A stretch of 64,000 nucleotides of DNA from Cycas panzhihuaensis (Eukaryota > Plantae > Cycadophyta), in NCBI GenBank assembly GCA_023213395.1, contig CM041465.1, positions 209,257,741 to 209,321,740 of the forward strand. The letters run 5' to 3'. The notes under the pieces are model-generated. The model worked only from the letters and a program-made list of their open reading frames with translations, did no database searches and was not told where the DNA came from. The position numbers and the translations under genes were made by a program. This document shows positions 1 to 12,455 of this stretch, piece by piece (within the stretch, counting starts at the first letter, position 1; each line of letters begins with the position of its first letter).

Positions 1-733
1 TTTGCCTATGAGATATATGTTAGAGCAGATGAAATTTGATGAAAAGATTAATGTTGCATGTACTAGTATAAACTTCAATAAAGTTGATAACTCCAATATT
101 GCATTTGATAAGATTATATCTACATTAGACTTGATTAAAGTAAAAGACAAACATCTTGACAAAGACACTCATATTCATTTAAATCAAGTCACACCTACTT
201 ACAAACCATTTGAGATACATATGGTTGAAAGGATGATAATGTAAGTTAATCACTTTAAGGATGATGATAAAGCCAAAATACATGTATTCAAAGTTTTCCT
301 TAAGTATAAGTATCACAAGTTTAAAAAGAAGTTGAAGATGCATGTGATAACCATTAAGAAGGAGAATGTTGGGTTAATGCTCATCACCTAACCTTGCATT
401 AAGACCATGTGAGATGCCCCCAGCCATTAGGAGAGATTATTTTATTATGTTTCATTATTATTTGATTATATTTCAAATTTTAGGTTAAGGAGGGTTCTCT
501 CCCTCCTCCCATATATTTATTCTTTGGGGCTAAAACCCCTAGTGTTCTTTAACACCACCCTCTTTAGGAAATATTGATGTACTCTATAATGGATTAAATA
601 TGATATTTTAAATGTGCATGTGAATATGGCTTAACTTGCGTTCACCTACTCTTCTCTTGTCTCCAATAACCTATAAATCCTAATTGTTATTGAATGTAAG
701 ATTTGTAGTAAATTCATTTTTTATTACAATACA
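1..733 (+). mobile_element. 3' end of an LTR element that begins upstream of the window: degenerate coding tail, PPT and 3' LTR (about 367-733)
   Basis: PPT aagaaggagaa is followed by tgttggg at 367. The preceding frame reads DDKAKIHVFKVFLKYKYHKFKKKL, resembling a decayed Copia RNase H C-terminus. The LTR right end is approximate and no partner LTR is in the window. Confidence 0.5.
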
Positions 734-1366
734 AAAGACCCGAAATTAGAGCTTCTTACTTGATATATCTAAATTAATTTTAGGTTATCCCTCCTATAGC
801 CCACTAAGATGAAGTTTTTTTTTTTTTTTTTTTTAATTGTGGAAGAGTTGAATATGGTATCTACAGGCATCTCCATATTTAATCTCCTTAAGAGATGCCC
901 TAAATATAATTAATTCATACTCGATGCACTCAACAATAACCCAATCTTATTAAGCTTCATATCTCTTTCAATCCTTATCATCTTAATAAGAAAAGCGATC
1001 ATAAAGATAACCCTCATTTCTTTATCAAAATCAAAAGTGGTGAGTGGACTATTAAGAGGTACACAATAGATTCAATTTTATTAGTTAACATTATTCTTAT
1101 TTAACTACTTAAAACCATTAGTATTTTCATATTTAAATTTGTGATTGAATTTGATAGGGGTATGATAAGGCGCAAGCCAACCCTATAGGCAAAATGACCC
1201 TATCTCTCACCCTGAAAGGCAAAACGACCATGGTTAAACTCACTATCATGGATATAGATCTCAAGTATAATATGTTATTAAGTAGACCTTGGATTAACTA
1301 GATGGATGTAGTATGTTCATCCCAATTAGTTAAATTGAGTTTGTTAATAAAGGAAAACTCAAGATA
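734..1366 (+). pseudogene. Gypsy element E (non-chromovirus, Tat/Ogre-like), gag-protease linker and protease, left part
   Basis: Translates to TIMDIDLKYNMLLSRPWI..MDVVCSS..FVNKGKLKI and is homologous to 53500-54060 of element N. The frame continues after 40233 (VKHK). Confidence 0.75.
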
Positions 1367-1734
1367 TGTTAGAAATATGAATGAATCAAAGTGAAAATAA
1401 TAAGAGAAAATGACTTGATTGTAATTACACAATAATTTACAAAAAATAATCTTACATTAGATCTCAAATAAATATAATGGCTCTTAGTATACTCCCCTTG
1501 CATCAATTAATCAATCCAATCTATTGATGAGAGTAAGATCACTCCTCATGAATAATGAGAGTAAGAGAAAAGAATAAAGTAATAAAGTAAGGAAACATCA
1601 AGGTACAACTTATGTATGCTTTTATATATAAGAGAATAAATATAGAAATACAACTCTTAAGAGAACCTACCTAATATTGCTTATTAGTTAACTCAAAGAA
1701 AAGAATGAGTGAGAATTACATATTATTTTTAATA
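1367..1734 (-). repeat. 3' LTR of D
   Basis: Aligns to 39869-40228 (shared aaatataatggctctta, ggaaacatcaaggtacaact, acctacctaat); roughly 20% or more diverged by eye. Confidence 0.85.
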
Positions 1735-1739
1735 CCGCA

Positions 1740-2607
1740 TTATAATGTGAAATTCATTCTCTCATTAATAAAAGCTTTTTAAACCTCTTAAACTTCTCAT
1801 GACTTAATGCCTTAATGAAAATGTCAGCAAGTTGATCTTCAGTTAGATAATACACCAACTCAACTATTTTGCATTGCACCTACTTTTAAATAAAGTGATT
1901 ATAAACTTCCATATGCTTTATCTTAGCATGGAAAATTGGATTCTTTACAAGTTGGATTACACCTTGATTATCATAAAATAATAGTATAATATCATCCTAT
2001 AGAAGATTAAAAAAACTAAGTGGCTTCCTTATCTAGATTACTTCACAAGTAGCTATAATTATTGCCTTATACTTTACTTATATGGAAGACAAGGAGATTG
2101 TAGATTGCTTCTTGTTATACTAAGAAACTAAGTGAGAACTAAATACAAGCATATAGCTTAGTATAGATTTCCTATCATTAACATCTCTTACCTAATTAAA
2201 GTCTATATAGCCATGTTGTATGAATTTAACAACTCTAGAAAATAAGAGTCTAAATTTAATAATACCCTTGACATGCCTCAATATGCACTTTATTACCTTC
2301 TAATAAGAGATGGATGAAGAACTAATAAATCAGGCTACAACACTAACATCATAACTAATGTCAAGCCTAGTGTTAGTAAGGTAAACAAGACTACCCACTA
2401 GTTACCTATACAAAGTATAATCAATACTCCCATCATCAACTTTCTTAGTCTGTTTGAGACCTACTTCCATAGGAGTAGCCATTGGATTCAAATCCTCTAT
2501 ATAGAAATATTTCAAAAAGACTATAACTATGCATAGACTAAGATACAAAAATGCTATCACTTTTTTGTCAAAATTCTATATCAAAATAGCAATGAAAGCT
2601 AAGATCA
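1740..2607 (-). pseudogene. Copia D RT C-terminal half and RNase H
   Basis: The minus strand gives VGSLVYLTNTRLDISYDVSVVA and EDQLADIFIKAL, with many stops. Confidence 0.85.
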
Positions 2608-3545
2608 TATTAAAATATTCAATGGAAATCATTCAACATTATTCAACATCAAGAACAATGGAATAATGAATATAATGAAGATAGAATTAACTCATAATAA
2701 TAATGTCTACATCATAATGACACCAAACTGATAACATCCCAGTGAACTCCATCTTGTTAGAATATAATGTTTTATCCTAAGTTATTAAAGGGTAATGTTA
2801 TAAACCCTCTTTTATAACAACTCCCTTTATATTCTTGACATGCGTCATGTTCTGGAGTGTTAGTTACAATTTAGTTTGTAATGGTTGTATTGAACTATGT
2901 ATATTTAAGAAAACATTGTCTCAATATAATTCAAAGTAGGTCTACTCTACTACCTAATCAAAAGAGGAAGAGGTCCAATCATAGCAGAGTCAAAATAAAG
3001 CTTTCTGTTGAAAGAGGAGTTGGACCTCTTAAAAGAAGAAACTAAACTACATATTTGAATTTGTATGGACCTGTATGGACTCAATTTTCTCAAAGTTCTT
3101 AGAATTGAGCATCATTTCCTCCAACTGGATCGAAGTCATCTGAGCTCTTTTTTAGGCTATTTTTTCCCTTTATAGTCTGCATGGGTTTGAGAGTTTTTTC
3201 TAGATTCTTCTTTAAAAATCTCAAAAATTTTCAAGTAAATCTACTCATATCACCTATGTTTCTGTGATTCAAAAAATTTAAGACTAATTTTATTGATCTT
3301 GGTGAAAGATTTTTTGAAATTGAAGCAAATTTTTATAAAACCATTGTCTCTGCTCTCTGGCTTTCAAGTCAATTTTCTATAAATTTGTAAATTGTCTCAG
3401 AAAAATAATTATAGATCCATAATCTATGTGTGAAGAGCTCCCCTTTAAGATATATATTATAATAGTCCATATAATTAGGGTTTTATACAAAAATTTATAT
3501 AATTATATGATCAAATATGTTCAAAACTAGTTTTTATTCTCAATT

Positions 3546-6500
3546 ATAGCCTCTTCAATTTTAGCTTTATTTGATCAAGATAAATTGATAGATTCAAACT
3601 ACCATATTTGAAAATTTAAGATATAAACCCTTCTAAGAGCCAAAAATGCATGGGATATTGCCAGTGGAGTTGAAGCCCAACCTATTACCATGAGTATTGA
3701 TCTAGCTAACTTAATAGAAAGAGATAATATAGGTGTAATAACTTTGAAACTTTTAGTCTAAGATCCTCTCCTTATGTATGTGGAGAATTTAAATTCTTTA
3801 TCTATAATATGGACATGTTTTAAAAATTTGTATAGTCAAAAGAATAAGGCTAGAATAATAGCCTTTAAGGAAGAGTTGTTTAAATTGCATATGAAGGAAA
3901 TTGTATATAGTTCTCCACCCATGAAGAGGGCCAAAATGATATCAATTTCTAGGCCTTCCAGCCGAGTTTTCTCGAAGACTAACCAAAAACATGTGCCTCA
4001 CCAATAGCTAGATTTGGCAAATGTCCCTTTTTTTTTATTTTATTTTTTTTAACATAAAGACATAGGCCAGATTTGAAGGCCTTAAATATAGAAATCTTTT
4101 AATTTTTTTCAAATACAATAAGTCACAACAAAGAGAATATATATCAGCAGAATGAATATAGAACCTTTATCCACCTGTAGATCTGTAAAAAAATTTCAAA
4201 AATGGAGTCACTTCTAGCCAAGAAGGACTCTCTCAATTGCTGTCAACGATCATGGTTACATTCTTGTCCACTGACATACAACGGAGATGGTCTGTCAGTA
4301 ATTGGAATCTGAACATGAGCTTTTGTGGACTTTCACCTGCATGCAAATTTATTGTGGTACCACATATACAGAAAATATCCATTTGAGCAGCATCAACAGG
4401 CTTCAAACATCTACGAAACTTCAAAATAGGCTTGAAAACAGCCTCTTATCATCATCAAAATAGCCCTTCAAAACTTGATAACAGTCCCATAACAAAATAT
4501 GCATCAGATATAACTTGAAATGATCTTCAACTTGACAAAGTCACCAAATAGGCACATCAAAAAATTTACAAGATTTGAAAGCTCAAAAACAGGGATAACA
4601 TGTACTAGGATTTGCAAGAAATACCTCTAAGTGTTGAACCTTGGGCTCTGATACCATGTTAGGATTAGTAATGTAACAAGCATATCAAACCCTAATGGTG
4701 AGCAACAAAAAGATGAAGTATATACAGAATAGACACCATGTTGGAGAATTGGCCAAAACTCAATTATAAACAAATAAGAGTACATACTTATAGTACAACC
4801 TCACCACTAGAGAGAGAACCCCATTGGACTAGTTAGAGGTGACACACATATCAAGGTGGCCCACAACTCTAATATAAAATACAAAAGATAGAGAGAGTTT
4901 ACATAGGGCTAATGGAATTGAGTATTACACCCAACAGTATCTACATTTATTCATAAAGTTGTTTCAATAAGAAATGATCTCTTAAGTATAGGAGTTACTA
5001 TCTTAAAATAAGAATTGGTAGAAATGGTACCAAGTAAGGTACCAAAATTGTTTGATGTAAATATCAACACAATAACAAGTAATAACTAGATTGATAAAAT
5101 GACTCTTAATATATTAATTGGTTTATTACTAAGATAGGAGTAAAGGAATAAGCACTATGAAGATTTAGCAAAGATCGAGAATGCTTTCATGTCTAGATTA
5201 AACTTGGGCCCTAGAGGAAGAAATCAATTACATGGAAGAGGACAAACTCTAGATGCCAAGAGACTTGCTCGTGGACAATGACAGGACAGCAGAGGTCATT
5301 GGCACATAAAAGACATAAGGATTTGCTATAATTGTGGTAAGTTAGGTTATTTTTCAAGACATGTAGAGCTTTTGATCTTTGTTATCACTATGGACAACCA
5401 AGTCATTATCCCTATCAATGTTCATAAAGAAGAGTAGATATTAAGAGAGGGAAATGTCCAGTTGGAAACTATGGCAAGGAGTAAACAGAGGAAGAAGAGA
5501 AAGAAACAACATTCATTACTACCCTTTCTGCAGGCTTATAAGATACATATGTTTAGTATGTTGATTTAGGTACCTCCCATCACGTGACCAATCGAGAAGA
5601 TTGGTTTGAATCACTGAAACCATATAACACTAATAAATTTGTTGAATTAGATGATAAGTACCCACTATATATAAAGGGAATTGGTACCATAACTATCAAT
5701 TTATATAGGAACATAAAGAAAATAAGGAATGTGTTACTTATTCTAGGTTTTAAGATGAATCTTCTATCAATGTCATAGCTTAGAAAGAAAAGGCTAAGAA
5801 CTATATTTAATGAAGAGGGCTAATGTTATATAATGGACATGAAAAATGATGGCAATAGAATAGAAAAAGGCATAAGATGTAATGATCTGTATAGGTTGTT
5901 GTTAGACCCTATAAACTCTAAATTGGGTATAAAAGCATGTATTGCTATGAATTCTGATAATAAAGTTTAGTATTTGAAGTATGTGCATCTCCCTATAGAT
6001 TTATTAAAGTTAATGGAAAAATCAGGCATGGTAAATGGCTTACCTTTAATCACATGTGAAATTTTTATTTGTAAAGGTTGCCAATTCAAAAAACAACATC
6101 GAATTCCATTTAAGGAAAGTAGATGGTAAGCCCAAAATAAATTAGAATTAATCCACACTGATTTGTGTGGCCCTCTTACTTCACTTTCAATCAATGGATG
6201 TAGGTATTTTTTAACCTCCAGTGATGATTTTACTCTATAATAAATATGAAGTCTTTAACATCTTCAAAGAATTCAAAGTAGAAGTAGAGTCAGAGTTTGG
6301 AACTCAAATGAAGTATATTAGGTCAAATGGTGGTGAAGAATATACTTTGAAAGACTTTTTAAATTATTGTAAAATAAATGGAATACGTAAATAGTGTACA
6401 ACTTCCTATACTCCTAAGTGTAATAAGGTTGCTAAAAGAAAGGATAGAACCATTATGGAAATGGCTTGTAGTATGGTTTTTGAGAAACAAATTTTTAAAA

Positions 6501-8641
6501 ACTACTAGGAAGAAGTTGTTAGCACCACGTGCTATTTGATAAATTAGAGTCCTATAAAACCATTAGAGCAAATCACTCCAGAAGAAGCTTGGACAAGTAA
6601 GAAACCTGATGTAAGTATTTTGAAAGTATTTGGATGTCAAACATTCATCCATGTTCTTGATAAAAGGAGATCAAAACTCGATGCAAAGAGTATAGAATGT
6701 ATCAAGATAGGATACAACTAAAAATTAAAAGGTTTATAAATACATAGATCCTAAAACTAATAAGATCTATATAAGTAGAGAAGTATTATTCAATGAAGAA
6801 TATGGTTTATACAACAAGCATCAATTCAAATAAATTGAAGGGGGATCAAAAGTAACATCTCCAAAAATCATCATGGAAAAGACCTTAGAACTTACCTCAA
6901 AATAGATCCCTCAGACATTAAAATCTTCACTAGTATCATATAAAGATTCAATCTCAATAGAAGAGGAATAACCATGAAAAGGATCAACCACTTAAGAAGA
7001 AGTAAGAAAGGAAAAGAAAGTTCCAAAATAGTACATCAAAATAATTAAATAAGGGAAAGGAGATACATTTATGTATAAAACTAAAAGTCAAAGACCTCAG
7101 GCATTATACAGCAATGTTAAGCCACAATCCTTTCAAGAGGCAAATGATTAGCCAAAATGGAGAAAAACAATAGATTCAGAAATGCAATCAATTTCTAAAA
7201 ACCAAACATGGGAATTAGTTGAGCTACCTCCTAATAAGCCAGTGGTTAACTGCAAATGGGTTTATAAAATCAAAGAAGGAATTAATGAAAATTTTGAGAA
7301 ATACAAAGCTAGGCTTGTTGCTAAAGGCTACACCCAGACAACTAGTGTAGACTTTGAAGAAACATTTTCTATTATAGAAAAATTAAATATAGTAAGAATA
7401 GTTATTGCTTTGGCCACTCAACAAAATTAGAAAGTTTATCATCTGCATGTTAAAAGTGCCTTCTTAAATGGAGAACTGGATGAGGAAGTCTACATGATAC
7501 AACTAGAAGGATACATTAAAGAAGGATGGGAACACTTGGTTTGTAAATTAAAAAAGTCTTTATATGGCTCAAAATAAACCCCTTGAGCTTGTTATACCAA
7601 ATTAGACAAGCATCTGTGTCAGAATAGGTTCTAACGTTGTGACTCTAACTCAAGTTTATATGTAAAGAAAAGAAATAAGTTGATCACTATAGTTGTAATT
7701 TTTGTAGATGACATGATACTCATAGGGAGCGATGGTAAATCAATAAAAAACATAAAGAAATAACTAGAAAGGGAATTTGAAATAATCAATTTGGGTCTTC
7801 TGAGCTATTATCTAGGATTGGGAATTATTCAACTAGAGGGATCTATCACCCTATCTCAAAGCAAATATATCAAGGACTTGCTGATAAAATTTCAAATAGA
7901 AAATTACAATCCATGTGCAACACCTAAACTACAATTTGGTCATATATGAGGAAGAAACTTTGGCCAATGTGACTTTGTATAAGCAACTAATTGGCAGCTT
8001 AATCTATCTCACAATAACTAGACCAGACATATCACATTCAGTAGGTCTGGTTTCAAGGTACATGTAAGAACCCAAAATAAAACATTAGAAAGCTACAAGA
8101 ATACTAAGGTATATAATAGGAATAATCAATCTAAAATTAGTATATCCCATAGAAAAACCAATAGAATTATCAAGGTTTTACGACTTATACTAGGTAGGAG
8201 ACAAAGAGCAGGGAAAGTCCATAAGTGGTTATTGCTTCCTTCTTGGGTGAGCAATAATTTCTTAAAGCAGTAAAAAACAAACCACTATTGCATTATCATC
8301 AATATAAGTTAAATACAAATTAGTAGTAAGAACTACAAACAAAGCTATATAGCTAAGACAACTTCTAGTAGACTTGGATCAATAACAATATGTAGTAATA
8401 ACTCTAAATTGTGATAATTATAGTACAATTATGTTGACTAAAAACCCAGTTCTTCATTTAAGGATAAAACGTATATAAGTACATTACCATTTCATAAGAG
8501 AGAAGGTTCATAACAAAGATATTGATTTGACTTATTGTCCCATAGCAGAACAGGTTACAGATATATTGATAAAACATGTTAGGAGAGATAGATTTCAAAC
8601 TCTTAGAGATAAGATAGGTCTAAAAGAGGATAAAACATTAA
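3546..8641 (+). pseudogene. Copia A gag-pol (gag, CCHC, protease, integrase, RT, RNase H), disrupted
   Basis: ORF fragments MTNREDWFESLKPY and NQTWELVELPPNKPVVNCKWVYKIK...KARLVAKGYTQ; LELIHTDLCGP; many stops; interrupted at about 3904-4936. Confidence 0.9.
3904..4936 (-). mobile_element. Truncated LTR element (5' LTR 4657-4936, PBS and leader) inside the gag of A
   Basis: gctctgatacca (PBS complement) at 4645-4656 abuts tgttagg...cccaaca. The gag of A resumes at 4937 (VSTFIHKV). No second LTR; left boundary approximate. Confidence 0.75.
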
Positions 8642-9229
8642 GAGAGGGTGTTAGAATATAATGTTTTATCCTAAGTTATTAAAGGGTAATGTTAGAACCC
8701 CTCCTTTATAACTCCCTTTATATTCTTGACATGTGATATATTCTAGAGTGTTGGTTATAATTCAGTTTGTAATGGTTATATTAAACTATGTATATTTAAG
8801 GAGACATTGTCTCAATATAATTCAAAGCATTTTTCCATCAATATTCAATTTTCCTCTATTTAGGAAGTTAACATATGTTTATTCCATGCCCACCACTCTA
8901 CCTCAACCACTTATTTATACATCATAAGTAAGAGAGAGTAGGACGAGATGTATTATATATGGTATAAATAACCTCTAACATAACCAATGACTTATAGCCT
9001 ACTTGTTGACTAATAACCTAATGACCACTTAGATGCACAAGTGTGCATTATATAAATATTACAATATTGACTTATAGATATAACATTCACCTAAACACTT
9101 TAGACACTTACACATTAAACATTATCTTCCAACTCCTTCCCTTAATATTTAATGTTGATATGACAAAAACACATCATGATACTAAGTACTATAGACTAAC
9201 TAAAACTAATATATGACTCCACAAGAAGC

Positions 9230-10380
9230 ATTATTTTGAATTTACAATGCTTTGATCTTAGAATGGTTGTGAAGGCAATATCTTCAATTTAATATTTATC
9301 TTAATTCCTACAGTTTCATCCTTGAAGTAGTCTTATAGATTAATGGTCCTTGAGCTTAACTTTCTTCATCTTTATATGCAAGAATGAATCCTTCATCATG
9401 TAGAGGGTCTAGTAGACCATGGTCGAACCAACTTGAGCTTGGCATAGATCTGTTAGATGATCCTATATGTATTCATCAAAAACATCTTGAAACTTGTGGT
9501 ATATATCAAGCTTAATTTTAGTCAACAGTTTAATCATCACTTGTTTGTATTCATTTTCTTCAACATGAGTACGATCAGGATCTATTAAACCAATGTCAAA
9601 ATTTAAAGATAAGTCAACATAAGAGGAATCAACACCATTTAAAATATGAATATCATCATCTTATATATATTCCTCCTTTTGATTAGTATGTCCAAAAATA
9701 ATTCCTTTGATCTTTGGAGCAAAGTCTATATCTGCTTGAGAATAATTCATATTAGAGCTAATAATTAAATTAGGAGTTGTATTTATAGCAAGTTTATCTT
9801 CAACAAAGTAATAGATTCATTTAAAGGAATTTCTACTACCCGATCACCATCATTAGTTGACAAATCATCAATCTCATCATGTTTAACAATCTTAATAATA
9901 TATTTAAGAGTAGTTTCATCACCTTCATTAGTAGTCTTTTCAATTTCTTGACATACTCTTTCATTTGCATCACCAATATTATCTTTAGCATCTTCCTTAT
10001 TTGTATTGTAGCAATCAACAATTTTGTTTATCCTTTTAAGAACCTCTTGCACCTCTTGAGGGTTCTTTTCTTATACATTCTTGAGAAGATTCTAGGCCTC
10101 ATTGGTAGTATCAACTTTATAGATTATATGAATGAAAATTTGGTAAGAAGACAAAAGAATTTCTTTGTCAAATGATGCAAGTATAATATTAATTGCTATT
10201 TGGTTCTTTTTCTTAAAACTTTCTTCCCCTTTTTCATTAATCAATGTAGTACCATTAAAGATAACTTTCCATAACCCTTTGCCCATAAATATACTTTACA
10301 TTTTTATTGCCTAAAATAAAAAATTTATTTCAGTGTACTTGGATAAGGGAATAAGAAAATATATTATCCAATACTCATTC
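9230..10380 (-). pseudogene. Copia-type gag N-terminus, acidic low-complexity extension and RNase H-like tail of element C
   Basis: ORFs 10092-10286 (MGKGLWKVIFNG...KKNQIAINIILAS) and 9783-10052 (D/E/K-rich). No protease, integrase or RT motifs before the PPT. Confidence 0.7.
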
Positions 10381-12455
10381 ATTTATAGCACAAAAATAAT
10401 AATATCTTCCAACTCCATGATGTGAGATTGAGTTGATTATAAATTCATTGCTCAAAATTCATGCATCAACTTCAAACTAAAATAACTCCAGTAAATCATT
10501 AGGAAATACCTTCAAGTTATGTGCCAAAATGACTGTCTCTGAAATATGATTCCAACATCAGACAGATTGGAAAACAAATACTTGGATACAAGATATGAAT
10601 TAAAATATGTTGGAATCCCTTTTGATGAATAATTTCAGGTTGATAAAAGATTAGCCCCTTTAATAAATTAGTAGCTGGTCATACTATGGCTCTAGAAGGC
10701 TTGGGGCTTAACTACTAAGAGGCTCGCAGACTCCAAATCAAGTTCCAATCTAGTTTAATTTAGATGTAATTTTGTAAAAAAAAAATTAAATCTGTCTTTT
10801 TCCCATTTGGCATCTATAGATTTCAAAATAATTTTCAATCCAATTTAATCTTCAATTGATTTTACAAACACAAAAAAAAAAATCCAATCTCATGTCTATG
10901 TAGAAATGAAAATGGATTTTAAACTACCTTCAAAGATTTTAACCCTAATAGAAAAATCCTCTATGCATTTTATCTCTATTAGTTTCTTCGATGATGGATT
11001 CTCCTTCTTTGTCGATGACCACAGATGTATGGCAGATTGTAGAATTCGTGTAGATGAATATCCAAGCAAAATAGGGTCAAAAGAATAAGCAAAGTGATTA
11101 AACCAATGATAGAAATGTCAACAATGACTGACTATCATTTATGACTCTGGTAGCTTCCTTGTGATGTCATTGTAATGACAACTCTCCCTCACATACCACA
11201 GCTCTGTGTAGGGGGATATTTGCAATAGGATTTGAACTTGTGTTTTTGGTTCTATGTTATTATGGTTATTGATGCCTAGCAGCCTCTTTAATATGCCCCT
11301 TGACTATGACCCTTATTTTCTTTGGCATGTCAAATAGTAGTTTAATTATGAACTATAATAAATAAATTTCCTTAGAATTTTAGAGAGACAACTTAGTAAT
11401 TAATAACTTGGTAATTGACATCAATTAAATCCTCCACAGGGTAAACCCTAACATATGGTTGTAGGCTGTAAAATCAATGGGTGCCACATTCTTCTCCTTC
11501 TTTACAAATTACAAGCAAGCATTCAGCCTTCAAGCATCTTCTTCTTATCTGTGAGCAAGATAATTTCATTTTTCTTCATAATTGAGTTGATTCATCTTTG
11601 CATTTAGGGAATCTCATATTGTAGTTATAGGGCTTCTTTCTTTTATCCATAGTGGCCCTTTTCCTTTTAATTGAAGTGGTACCCTTCACAGATGATCTCA
11701 AACATGTGGAAATAGGGTTTTCCATGGATGGAAACTAATCACAGACAGGATAGTCAACACAAAAAATTATTTACAGTTTAATAGATCATGGATGGAAATC
11801 TATTCCACATAAATAATGATCATATAAATTAATAATAGGTCTAACACGTGTATGGCATCATTTTAACAATTGCTCTAATGATTATGATATTAACACTTGC
11901 AGTGGAATAATATTAATAGCTATAGCTATATTCTCTTTTTCTCCATGCAAACAGGCATCTGTCACTTTTTCAAATGCAGTTGCCTTCTTTTTCCACTTCT
12001 CAATCTTCTCAACAGAGTTCAGTACATGTTATGTAGAGTCTTCCACAAATCTTATTTAGTGAGATCTCTTTCAACACCTGAAGTTTCTCTGAATAATGGT
12101 CTCTTCTTCCATAGCTACGATTATTTCTTCAATCTCATCATAGATGGGATGTCAATTTATCTATGGTAGGGTTGTTTCAGGCAGGCTTATTTGTCAATAA
12201 GTAATGGTTTGTTCCTCAATGTTTTTAATACCACACGATATTATCCTTCTTAGCAAATAATATTCTTATGGTAGAATTTTATAAACATGGTAACTAATTC
12301 TAGATTTCATCATTCAAATTCTTAATAATTTTCAACACAAACCCTAACAAGAGCAAAACCTTCACTTTTACATATAACCAAAATTCAATGGCTAACCAAT
12401 TCTATATCATCACTAGTTTTCTTTAACATACTAAACCTTAGCACATAGCTTTCTT

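Larger units (their letters stand above)
2755..8873 (+). mobile_element. Copia element A (short LTR, Ale/Ivana-like), inserted in the 3' LTR of C
   Basis: LTRs 2755-~2936 (truncated) and 8649-8873 (tgtta...taaca), PPT agagaggg at 8641-8648, degenerate TSD catct/tatgt. The host LTR resumes exactly after the insertion. Confidence 0.9.
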
